A stretch of DNA of 64,000 nucleotides, from the IMG/VR virus record IMGVR_UViG_3300035520_001860, positions 1 through 64,000 of that record; one strand, written 5' to 3'. Origin of the DNA: a virus (lineage: Duplodnaviria; Caudoviricetes). Below, in pieces: positions 9,188-18,027 of the stretch (position 1 is the first letter of the stretch; each line of letters starts with the position of its first letter). The translations under genes and the position numbers were made by a program. The notes beneath the pieces were generated by a model. The model worked only from the letters and a program-made list of their open reading frames with translations. It had not been told where the DNA came from and ran no database searches.

Positions 9188-10870
9188 ATGAGCGTAGAAG
9201 ATAATAGAGTACAATTTTTAAAAGATAAAATGTATGAAAAGATGGAAAAACTACGCCCTTTCATAAGTGATGTACGTTATAGATTATATTGTGCTCAGAT
9301 AAATGATTGCAATACATTTGATGAAATAAGAGAGTTATCAGATAATAGTCTTCAAATGGAAATGTTGAAATACATTGGAAATTTGGAGACTAAACTTCAT
9401 ACTAGCAATATAGATCTTAATAATTTGGATTTTGTAACAAGTAAAACAACTCAAGGTTCCAAGTTAGCAATGATTACACCTAGAGCAATAAGTAAAACAG
9501 AAGTATTAGCAAATACTATTGATTTATCAACTCTTGGTGAGGATTTGGAAGATGATACTATAGCAGAGGCTGCTGCTAATATTCTTTTAATGCGCTTAAA
9601 AAGTGAGCCATTAGAAGAAACATACAGAGATGAAATTGAAAACTACGAAGAAGATACATCTGAAGCAGATATAGATGAACTAGACGACAGTGACATGTTT
9701 GGGGATGAAGCAGAGGATGAATATAACAACGGCGAAGATGAGTTCAGTGACATAGATAATTTGGAGCTTGATGAAGAAGAAATAGAGGACGCAGACGATT
9801 CAGACGAAGATGATGAACTTGATGAAGAAGACGAAGTACTCTCCGAACTTGAAGATGAACTTGAGGAAGAAGCTAAAATAAAGAAGCCAGATATAAGAGA
9901 CTTCAAGAGTGTAGACTTAAGTAAAGAAGATGATGACATCATAGATTTTGGTGATGATGAAAGCACTGAGGAACCAAAGAAAGATACAGAGACTACACAG
10001 AGTAATAATACTAATACAGAAGATGAAGAGGGATTTACACTAGATGAATTAGACAATTTAGATATGGAGGATTCAGACTTCATTGATGATTCAGAAGATA
10101 GCAGTGAAGATGAATTTGAAGATATTGATAACTTGGATGATTCAGCATTATTTGATGATTATGACATAGAGGGAAATCAGGATGACGATGAATTTAGTGA
10201 TATAGATTCATTGGACGATTCAGATATGTTTGATGATTCAGATGATAACAGCGAAGAAGATGAATTTGAAGACATAGACTCACTTGACGAATCAGATATG
10301 TTTGATGATGAAGACGACCCAGATGAAGATTCTGATAGCGACGAGTTTAGTGATATAGATTCATTTGATGACTCAGATATGTTCGAGGATACAGATGAGG
10401 GTGACGAAGATGACTTTGAAGATCCAATGGATGCCATAGATAATATGGATACAGATGAGATGTTTGATGAGTCAGATAGTGGTGATGATGAACCTGACAT
10501 AGAAGATGATGGCTTAGACGGGTTAGATATAGAAGACCTCGGAGATGAAGATGGAGATGAAGATGAATTTGACATTGATGAATCTGATTTTGCACCAGAT
10601 GAACCTGAAGATGACATAGACGATTTCTTCAAAGACATAAATGACATATCAAATAAGACATCATCAAGTAGTCAAACTAGTAAAAGAGAGATGACACCTA
10701 CAAAAGTATTTGATAACGGGACAAAGAGGGGTCAGCAGACACAGCAAATGTTTAATTTACTTGGAAGTATATTTGGTGGAACAGCTAGACTTGCTTCTAA
10801 AGCATCAAATAGTGCAAGAAAGAGCATAAGTAAGTCGGGGTTCTTTAGTCTTGATAAAGCTGGGAGATAA
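9188..10870 (+). CDS. Highly acidic low-complexity repeat protein
   Basis: Folded-looking N-terminus, about 350 aa of D/E-rich sequence with DEF(S/E)DIDSLDDSDMFDD repeats, and a basic amphipathic C-terminus. Confidence 0.8.
   Translation: MSVEDNRVQFLKDKMYEKMEKLRPFISDVRYRLYCAQINDCNTFDEIRELSDNSLQMEMLKYIGNLETKLHTSNIDLNNLDFVTSKTTQGSKLAMITPRAISKTEVLANTIDLSTLGEDLEDDTIAEAAANILLMRLKSEPLEETYRDEIENYEEDTSEADIDELDDSDMFGDEAEDEYNNGEDEFSDIDNLELDEEEIEDADDSDEDDELDEEDEVLSELEDELEEEAKIKKPDIRDFKSVDLSKEDDDIIDFGDDESTEEPKKDTETTQSNNTNTEDEEGFTLDELDNLDMEDSDFIDDSEDSSEDEFEDIDNLDDSALFDDYDIEGNQDDDEFSDIDSLDDSDMFDDSDDNSEEDEFEDIDSLDESDMFDDEDDPDEDSDSDEFSDIDSFDDSDMFEDTDEGDEDDFEDPMDAIDNMDTDEMFDESDSGDDEPDIEDDGLDGLDIEDLGDEDGDEDEFDIDESDFAPDEPEDDIDDFFKDINDISNKTSSSSQTSKREMTPTKVFDNGTKRGQQTQQMFNLLGSIFGGTARLASKASNSARKSISKSGFFSLDKAGR
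10109..10470 (+). repeat. Coding tandem repeat, ~70-80 bp period, ~5 copies
   Basis: Variants of GATGAATTTAGTGATATAGATTCATTGGACGATTCAGATATGTTTGATGAT at about 10109, 10187, 10259, 10340 and 10409. Confidence 0.8.
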
Positions 10871-10871
10871 G

Positions 10872-11444
10872 ATGATTAGCATTAAGAAATTAAGTAAAAT
10901 ATTACCAATAAAGTATAATGGATTAACTTTAGATTTATTAACATTGGAAGATTTGGATTGGTACTTAAAAAATTTGAGGTCACCTTATTATGAAAAGTAT
11001 TTGGATTTCAAGTTTTCAAAAGATATCTCAAGTAAAGAATTAAGAGAAGCTATATCTAATATGATAGTAAGTTATCAATTAAAGATAGAATCACCATGCG
11101 AGGCAAGATTTCTCTTAAAAGAGGATGATACTAATACAATAATAGGTGGTTGTACAGTATTTGAGAGAAATACACATCCAGATAGTGTAGAAATAGCATA
11201 TTTTATAATTCCTGAGTACCAGAATAGAAATATGGGATATCATATGGTTAAGAATCTGTGCCAAGCTATGAATCAAACAGACATGCAATTCAAGAAGATT
11301 GAGGCTGTAGTTAGAAGTGATAATGCAGCATCAATAAATATGTTAAGTAATCTTGGATTTAGAGAAAAATGTAGAGAGCATGGAAAATACAGAGAAAACA
11401 TAATTATGTGGTTGAACAGGGAATATATAAATGATATTAAATAG
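10872..11444 (+). CDS. GNAT N-acetyltransferase (RimJ/RimL type)
   Basis: EIAYFIIPEYQNRNMG acetyl-CoA loop and NAASINMLSNLGF motif; GGGAG RBS before ATG 10872. Confidence 0.85.
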   Translation: MISIKKLSKILPIKYNGLTLDLLTLEDLDWYLKNLRSPYYEKYLDFKFSKDISSKELREAISNMIVSYQLKIESPCEARFLLKEDDTNTIIGGCTVFERNTHPDSVEIAYFIIPEYQNRNMGYHMVKNLCQAMNQTDMQFKKIEAVVRSDNAASINMLSNLGFREKCREHGKYRENIIMWLNREYINDIK

Positions 11445-11916
11445 ATTTGATAGAATACAGTATATTGATAAGGGTAAACAAACAAATATTGGAATATTGT
11501 TTTATAATTATATGTATGACATAATACCAATATATTACTCGAATGATATAAAAAAGTACTCAATACTTAGTTTAAATGGACACATATTACCTGTGTTTAA
11601 CAAGAGTTATATAGAGTCACTTGATGATACATATAGAAATATACTTATCATAGATAAGGTTATTGAGTGCAGTAAAGTTATAACTGATAGGTTATTGATA
11701 GACTTGCACTTAGCAAACTGGTTTGGATACAATATCACTATGAATTATATAGAAAACAGCAAAAGTAAGCATTATAGTGATAGGATTAGAAAATTAGAGA
11801 CATTTTTTGACAAACCAATAAATAGTAAGATATGCAGCATGGAATATATACTAAACACTATTAATTTTGTAAAACTTAATGAAGTGGGGAATACGACATA
11901 TGAAGAAATTAGTTAA
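11431..11916 (+). CDS. Hypothetical protein
   Basis: 161-aa ORF overlapping both neighbours, consistent with operon coupling. Confidence 0.6.
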   Translation: MILNRFDRIQYIDKGKQTNIGILFYNYMYDIIPIYYSNDIKKYSILSLNGHILPVFNKSYIESLDDTYRNILIIDKVIECSKVITDRLLIDLHLANWFGYNITMNYIENSKSKHYSDRIRKLETFFDKPINSKICSMEYILNTINFVKLNEVGNTTYEEIS

Positions 11917-13042
11917 TGGAAAAGTTGTAGATATAGATAACATTGAATTATTTGAATTAGCAGCTGAAGGAACTGCACTACAAAACACAGCAGTAAGTAT
12001 TACAGCAGATGGTATAGAGGCAAACATAAATTCTCCACTAATCAGGAAGTACATAAAACAATATGATGCATTCTTTAAAGCTATGCCATATCCTTTATAT
12101 GCAGTAGAAACAGATGTTAAATATGCAACACTTGGAAATTTTATAAAGTCTTTATCAAAAGAACATATAGCAATGTGGGTTGATAATGGTTTATGTATCA
12201 AACTTGATAAAGATACTGGAATGACATTAAGAATAGTAAATAATACATGGAGTATAACATATACAAAGGAAGAGAGAACCGATAACACATCTATGGAGTT
12301 ATATAAGGACTCTGTGGGATATAATGAATACTCATGGATTTTAAGACGTGTATTAAGTAAGGAATCAACATCTGGCTTTTATGCAGAATTTATGGGAGAA
12401 TTTCTTAAAGCATGCAATAATCAGCCAATGGTCATTAAATGGGAACTAGAAAACATGCTAACATTTGGTACAATACCAAATAAGACAGAGTTTAGACCTA
12501 ATAAAATAATATGTCCGGATGCAAATGAGGAATACTCATTAGATATTTTCTGTACTGGAGTTGCAGAGACAGATGAGCAAACCACAAGTTGGGATTTAAC
12601 AGGGTCAGGTCCATCAGCAAACGTTAAATATAAGACAATAAAGACATATGGGTTTGATGCATATGCAAAGCCATTATCTGATGGGTCCAAGACATCTGGA
12701 AAGTTGGAAAAGTGCAAAGTTACAGGGTTACATAACTTGTTTATGCAGTTATGCGCAATTAAGTCAGCAAATGATATGAGTAGATTTCCTAATTTTGAAG
12801 GAATAATCACTGATAATATGATAGTATTTGTTATTGATAATAGATTATACATGACTAAAAGTAACAGACTTATGGAACCAAAGGACATTGCACATGGTAT
12901 AGAGCTGTATACAGTTGATAAAGGTAAAATATACTTTATTAAATCTAAGAGAATAAATGATAAGATAAGTAAAGATTACTTATACAGCTATGCAATGAAA
13001 ACTGGAGCACTTAGACTATGTAAAATAGTGTTTAGCTACTAA
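11900..13042 (+). CDS. Hypothetical protein
   Basis: Long ORF; GGGGA RBS favours ATG at 11900. Confidence 0.75.
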   Translation: MKKLVNGKVVDIDNIELFELAAEGTALQNTAVSITADGIEANINSPLIRKYIKQYDAFFKAMPYPLYAVETDVKYATLGNFIKSLSKEHIAMWVDNGLCIKLDKDTGMTLRIVNNTWSITYTKEERTDNTSMELYKDSVGYNEYSWILRRVLSKESTSGFYAEFMGEFLKACNNQPMVIKWELENMLTFGTIPNKTEFRPNKIICPDANEEYSLDIFCTGVAETDEQTTSWDLTGSGPSANVKYKTIKTYGFDAYAKPLSDGSKTSGKLEKCKVTGLHNLFMQLCAIKSANDMSRFPNFEGIITDNMIVFVIDNRLYMTKSNRLMEPKDIAHGIELYTVDKGKIYFIKSKRINDKISKDYLYSYAMKTGALRLCKIVFSY

Positions 13043-13057
13043 TTATTGGAGGGACAC

Positions 13058-14023
13058 ATGAAATCTGAGGAACTATACAACATATTAGTTAATAATATAA
13101 ATAGTATATTAACACCAGAAAACTACAAACACGTAATAAATAAAAACAATAATCTTAGTAGATATGATATACTGAACAGATTATTGATTGAGATACAATA
13201 TCCTGGTGCTTATGATGTTAGAACTGAAGATGAGTGGGTAATGGATAATCGTTGTATAAAATCCAATGCTAAAAAGATAAATATTATGTGTCCAGTGTAT
13301 AAACATCAGTACATTGATACAAAAACAAATGAGCCAATCAAAGATGATGATTTAAGTATAGACGAAATAAGTTTAGCATTGAAATATGGAATAATACGTA
13401 GAGATGATAGCATAAATGACGTATCAGTTATTAGTGTATATGATATAAGAGAAACAAAGAATACAGTAGATGATAAATATGATATCCTAAAATTAAAACT
13501 AGGATATCAAATATTATTATATGTAGCAACTAATATATTAAGATGTTCAGTAGTTCAATCTGAAAGCAACAGTTATTCAAAAGAAAACAAGAAGCTATTT
13601 GTAATGAAACAAGATTATAATAGTATGGCAGCATTTGTAGCTAAGACATTAACAGAACATTATAAAGATGACTTGGTTAAGGATGCTATAAAATCATATA
13701 ATCCGACTATTATAGACAATATGACAGAGTATGATAATGAATTACTCATTAATACAATACAATATACCATTGAAACAATGTTCGGTTTGCAATCAGAAAT
13801 AAGCTTTGACATAGTAACACATACAAATTCAGAAAGAGCATTAGATATACTTATAATAGCCGATAGTATAACATCTGAATTAAACAAGTACCTAGTTTAC
13901 AATAAAGATAATGACAGTACTAGTACAGATATGACATACAAAATTGAAATAATGAAAAGAGCTGAAATGCTTCTAGACATTATGGAGGCTAATAAGATAA
14001 ATAAAATTATGAAAGGTGCATAA
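13058..14023 (+). CDS. ArdC/LtrC-like ssDNA-binding (anti-restriction-like) protein
   Basis: YDILNRLLIEIQYPGAYDVRTEDEW...RCIKSNAKKINIMCP...VYDIRET matches the ArdC N-domain pattern YS..N.LLI..Q.P.A..V.....W....R.VK.GE..I.I..P...VFD..QT. Confidence 0.6.
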   Translation: MKSEELYNILVNNINSILTPENYKHVINKNNNLSRYDILNRLLIEIQYPGAYDVRTEDEWVMDNRCIKSNAKKINIMCPVYKHQYIDTKTNEPIKDDDLSIDEISLALKYGIIRRDDSINDVSVISVYDIRETKNTVDDKYDILKLKLGYQILLYVATNILRCSVVQSESNSYSKENKKLFVMKQDYNSMAAFVAKTLTEHYKDDLVKDAIKSYNPTIIDNMTEYDNELLINTIQYTIETMFGLQSEISFDIVTHTNSERALDILIIADSITSELNKYLVYNKDNDSTSTDMTYKIEIMKRAEMLLDIMEANKINKIMKGA

Positions 14024-14053
14024 AGTTAATTTTATAACTATTATAAAAACTAG

Positions 14054-14096
14054 TTGGCATAAGTGTATACAGTATATAATGTGTATGTATACACTT
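14054..14096 (+). promoter_or_regulatory. Putative promoter overlapped by an 11-bp perfect inverted repeat (operator candidate)
   Basis: TTGGCA-15 bp-TATAAT. AAGTGTATACA (14061-71) and TGTATACACTT (14086-96) flank the -10 box. Confidence 0.55.
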
Positions 14097-14193
14097 GTAG
14101 TATGTTTTGTTGCGATGTAGATGACATTAAAATAAGAATAATTAGTTTTTATAAATGATTAAAAAAGACTTTATAAAAATTTAGGTGAATAGC

Positions 14194-14997
14194 ATGGCAA
14201 ATGATGGATTTGACGATTTCGGTTTTGATTCAAACAGTGGTTTTGGAGATGACTTCGATTCAGGTTTTAGTAACGACGGTGGATTTGGGTCTAATGATTC
14301 CTTTGGTGAGGACGATATATTCGGGGATGATTCCAGTAGCACACAATCAAGTGGAGATGTACAACAGAGCCAATTTGGAGAATCATTAAATAATCTTAAC
14401 AACCAGTCACAAAATGCAGGTAATGATAATAAGAAAGCACTTACAAAACAAGCTATCATAACAATAATTGTAGGTGTTATTGGAATTATATTAGTACTTG
14501 TCATAGCTGGGGTAATTAAGAGCAAGAAGTCAAATACTGATACATCAAGCTTGGATCAAGTACAAGTTACAAGTACAACAAACAATCAGCAAAGCAGTGA
14601 TGTTAATGTTGATGATGTGATGAGTAACTCCTCAAGTACAGATAGTCAAGATACTAGCAGCAGTACTAACAACCAAACAGTTGTTACAAACAAGGTTGAC
14701 GATGACTTCACTTGGACACTCATAACTGATTCAGAGAATGTTACATTCAATGATGAATATTCAGATATGGTGTTTACTATTACGAACATTGAGCATAAAG
14801 CAAGAGTCGTTGATACTAATAATAATCTAGTTGTAATTACAACTCTACAAGGCAGTATATCTGGTTTATCAGGTACTTATGAGATAGATGTACCTTATAA
14901 CAAGGGTGTTAAACTAGTTGTTGGTAACAATTTTACAGTTCATGTTCAATTAGGAACTTACAACGGAAAAACAGTTGTGGGCGAAATTCAATATTAG
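14194..14997 (+). CDS. Bitopic membrane protein: cytoplasmic G/F/D-rich tail, Ser/Thr linker, C-terminal beta (OB-like) domain
   Basis: AGGTGA RBS, DDFGFD-type low complexity and a single TM. Confidence 0.7.
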   Translation: MANDGFDDFGFDSNSGFGDDFDSGFSNDGGFGSNDSFGEDDIFGDDSSSTQSSGDVQQSQFGESLNNLNNQSQNAGNDNKKALTKQAIITIIVGVIGIILVLVIAGVIKSKKSNTDTSSLDQVQVTSTTNNQQSSDVNVDDVMSNSSSTDSQDTSSSTNNQTVVTNKVDDDFTWTLITDSENVTFNDEYSDMVFTITNIEHKARVVDTNNNLVVITTLQGSISGLSGTYEIDVPYNKGVKLVVGNNFTVHVQLGTYNGKTVVGEIQY

Positions 14998-15037
14998 AAG
15001 TAACGAAAAAATTTTTTGAAAAAACTATATTTTTATA

Positions 15038-15066
15038 TTGACAAAGTGAAAAATTGGCGTTAATAT
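15038..15066 (+). promoter_or_regulatory. SigA promoter P1
   Basis: TTGACA-17 bp-TAATAT. Confidence 0.75.
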
Positions 15067-15163
15067 GTATTTAGAAGTTGAGAGAGATAAGAATTTTGAA
15101 TTTAAAAAATATTTGAAATCAAAAATCTTTTAAAAATTTCTGATAAAAAGTTTTAAAAAATCC

Positions 15164-15192
15164 TTGACAAGCAGTAAGTTAAGGGATATAAT
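15164..15192 (+). promoter_or_regulatory. SigA promoter P2 (perfect consensus)
   Basis: TTGACA-17 bp-TATAAT with an A/T-tract upstream. Confidence 0.9.
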
Positions 15193-15326
15193 GTAAGAGT
15201 AATAAGGAAAGTCATTATTACGAAACAATTTAAAAGATATCAAGTACAAAGGTGTTTCGAGTGTACATGATATAGATACCCGTAGGGGTGATAAAAATAT
15301 TATTATTATTTAAGGAGGAATACATC

Positions 15327-16100
15327 ATGGATTCTATGGATCAGGTATTCAGCACAGTAGCTACGCAGGATGCTCCTATTCAGGAGACCGCTACACAGGC
15401 ATCAGAAGAGAGAAAGCAGAAGTTAGCAGAGATGAAGGCTTCTTTGAAAGAGACCATTCAGACTTCTCCTGACTACGCTCAGAAAGTTCGTAGACTTTCT
15501 AACAGCATTAAGGTTGTTAACACCCTTGGTTTTGGTAAGGGCGGAAACATCGTAGTTGACCACAAGGCATCTACGAAAGATAATCGTGTTCTTAAGCAGG
15601 TTTCTACCGTATGTGGTTACATTCTTGAGAACATTGGCGAGGAGCCAATCGAGTACAAGACAGAAGTTTTCCATCTTGAAGGCGACAAGTATGTAGGAGA
15701 AGTTGTTTCCAAGACCTGGAAGCCTGGTGAGCAGATTAAACTTACTCGTCAGTATACCACAGTTCTTTGCGCAGCTCCAGAGATTTCCTTCACTCTTGCA
15801 AATGGTAAGATCGTTCAGTCTTCTAAGAAGAACGCTAAGAGCATCAAGGAAGAGTTATCTTCTTACTACTTCAGCTTCAACAAGAACGAGGATGGAACTA
15901 CCGTTCAGGTTAACGATGATGAAGTTAAGTTAGCAGTAGATGATGCTGATGGAAAGGTTAAGCCAGAGTATGTTGAGACCTTCGGTTACCTCAACAATCC
16001 AAAGGAAGGCAAGACCCGTACAGCTGGTACCAAGTATACTACTCAGGATATGGCTGCAAACTTCGTTTACAAGATGATGCAGGAAGGCGGACTTGTGTAA
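15327..16100 (+). CDS. Predicted highly expressed protein of unknown function
   Basis: AAGGAGG RBS before ATG 15327. Codon usage is shifted to TTC/TAC/AAC/ATC/AAG/CGT, unlike neighbouring genes. Has its own promoters and terminator. Confidence 0.85.
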   Translation: MDSMDQVFSTVATQDAPIQETATQASEERKQKLAEMKASLKETIQTSPDYAQKVRRLSNSIKVVNTLGFGKGGNIVVDHKASTKDNRVLKQVSTVCGYILENIGEEPIEYKTEVFHLEGDKYVGEVVSKTWKPGEQIKLTRQYTTVLCAAPEISFTLANGKIVQSSKKNAKSIKEELSSYYFSFNKNEDGTTVQVNDDEVKLAVDDADGKVKPEYVETFGYLNNPKEGKTRTAGTKYTTQDMAANFVYKMMQEGGLV

Positions 16101-16196
16101 TCCAGAAAGCTGAAAAGCATAAGGAATACATTAGGTTCAACCTAACAGAATTGCTAGAGAATCACCACCTGGCAAAAAGCGAATCGAACATAAAGA

Positions 16197-16225
16197 GAGT
16201 CAGTACGAAAGTGCTGGCTCTTTTT
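16197..16225 (+). terminator. Rho-independent terminator
   Basis: GAGTCAGTAC-GAAA-GTGCTGGCTC followed by TTTTT. Confidence 0.85.
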
Positions 16226-16326
16226 GTATGATATAAATAGCATAAAGCAATAGATAATATATCCTAAAAATAAACATGATAGTATAATAGATAATATTTT
16301 AAATCATTTTTAAGAGGGTAGGAAAA

Positions 16327-17361
16327 TTGGCAAAACGTATAGATATAACTGGACAACAATTTAGTAATTGGAAAGTAAATTATAGATTGAATAATAGCAG
16401 ATACATGTGCACATGTTTATTGTGCGGTAAACAGTATGAAGTTGAATCATACAAGCTTAGGAAAGGTTTGACTAAGTCATGCTTTAATTGTGCAATGAAT
16501 AACAGAAGTAATCAGCAAGTTAATAATAAGTATAACAAACTTTATAAATTATTTAAAAGTGAAAATGTTATATATAACACTGAAATATTTGCTTATTTAC
16601 CTGACAAAAAGATTGGGGTAAATTTTGTACCTAATGTTGACAATGAAAATACTACAATGTACAATGTTCAAAAATTAACATTACAGTATAGAGAAAAAGG
16701 TATAAGGCTTATTAACATTTTTAGTTATGAATGGGAAGATGAAGATAAGCAAGATAAATTAGTAAATACAATAAAGATCGCACTTGGTACATCAGAAATA
16801 AGAAGAATATATGCAAGAAAAACAAAAATAGTACTTATGAATAGTAGGGATACTAGGGAGTTTCTTGATGAAAACCATTTACAAGGCTACACATCAGCAC
16901 CTATAAATATAGGATTAACATATAATAATGAACTTGTAGCTTTAATGACATTTGGAAGGCCAAGATTTAGTGGTGAATCAGAATATGAATTGATTAGATT
17001 AGCATTTAAAGCAAACACAATAATCCTTGGTGGAGAAGAAAAGCTATTTAGATATTTCATACAAACATATAAGCCAGATAGTGTACTAAGCTATTGTAAC
17101 TTAACAAAGTTTAGGGGAGATTCATATTATAAAGTAGGATTTAAAACATATGGAGATTGTATTACATCACCTAATTATATGTGGGTAAATGATGAATTAA
17201 AATTAGCATTACCAAGATATAAGTGTATGAAACATAAATTATTACAAAGAGGCTGGGGAACAGCAGATATGACAGAAAATGAAATTATGAGATCAATAGG
17301 TTTCAAAAAGGTTTATGATGCAGGTAACATAAAATTTTTATGGTATGCAGAATCAAATTAG
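16327..17361 (+). CDS. Zn-repeat / degenerate PD-(D/E)XK / Mom-like GNAT protein, paralog 1 (1 repeat)
   Basis: One DITGQQF...CTCLLCG...SCFNC repeat; eroded nuclease motif EIFAYLPDKKIGVNF; intact YARK...NHLQGY...TFGRPRF...YELIRL domain. Confidence 0.75.
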   Translation: MAKRIDITGQQFSNWKVNYRLNNSRYMCTCLLCGKQYEVESYKLRKGLTKSCFNCAMNNRSNQQVNNKYNKLYKLFKSENVIYNTEIFAYLPDKKIGVNFVPNVDNENTTMYNVQKLTLQYREKGIRLINIFSYEWEDEDKQDKLVNTIKIALGTSEIRRIYARKTKIVLMNSRDTREFLDENHLQGYTSAPINIGLTYNNELVALMTFGRPRFSGESEYELIRLAFKANTIILGGEEKLFRYFIQTYKPDSVLSYCNLTKFRGDSYYKVGFKTYGDCITSPNYMWVNDELKLALPRYKCMKHKLLQRGWGTADMTENEIMRSIGFKKVYDAGNIKFLWYAESN

Positions 17362-17377
17362 TAGGAGGCACACAGAT

Positions 17378-17953
17378 ATGGGATTATTTAACAAAAAGAA
17401 AAATAAAGATGATATTCAAATTGATATTAGTAAGCTTAGAATGAATGAAGGAGCAATATTCGGTGAAGCAGTACCAACAAATGAATTTAGTAAAGATGAT
17501 AGTTTTAGTATAAAAGGCAATGGTGATACTGAAGATGATAGATTTGAAATAGAAGATGATGGCTTTGGAAAAGATCCATTTAGTGCAGACGATGATTATT
17601 TTGATGGCTTTGGAAACGAGCATAGTTATTGGACTGAAAGTTTACATAAGTTTAAATCAGAAGATGAGAAGCATAAAGAAAAATGTGAAGAACTTAGAAA
17701 AATTAGAAAAAGTATGGCAAAAACATTAGGTGCACCAGAGTTAGTAAGAGATGAACCATGTAATTATGAAGGACACTGTAGTGGAACATGTCCAGCATGT
17801 TGCATGGAAGAAAGAGCTCTTATGGATAGAATATATGAGCTTCATGAAAATGGTGTAATCAATATGGTGTATAGTGATGACATCAAGAATCTACAGAGAA
17901 AAGCAGAAAAATACAATGATGCTAATAATATGATTATGGGAGGCCTTGAGTAA
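17378..17953 (+). CDS. Cys-cluster protein (C-x23-C-x4-C-x3-CPAC) with an acidic N-terminal region
   Basis: KCEELRKIRK...CNYEGHCSGTCPACCMEE; AGGAGG RBS before ATG 17378. Confidence 0.75.
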   Translation: MGLFNKKKNKDDIQIDISKLRMNEGAIFGEAVPTNEFSKDDSFSIKGNGDTEDDRFEIEDDGFGKDPFSADDDYFDGFGNEHSYWTESLHKFKSEDEKHKEKCEELRKIRKSMAKTLGAPELVRDEPCNYEGHCSGTCPACCMEERALMDRIYELHENGVINMVYSDDIKNLQRKAEKYNDANNMIMGGLE

Positions 17954-18027
17954 TACACCGATGGACTGAATAGTGGTTTTGATATAGATGACAATAAAGG
18001 TACAGATAATACAGAGGAAACCAAAGA

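Noticed and set aside
10109-10470. Regularly spaced repeats resembling a CRISPR array
   Set aside because: The repeats are in-frame, vary at synonymous positions and lie inside a long ORF; no cas genes and no unique-spacer structure.
9643-10647. Minus-strand Ser-rich ORFs (also at 45089-45739, 46840-47310, 33965-35125 and other minus-strand ORFs in the track)
   Set aside because: They are antisense shadows of GAT/GAA-rich + strand genes, with no RBS and poly-Ser translations.
16125-16200. GGTTCAACC resembling a tRNA T-arm
   Set aside because: No cloverleaf, acceptor stem or D-arm can be built; kept only as a possible structured UTR.
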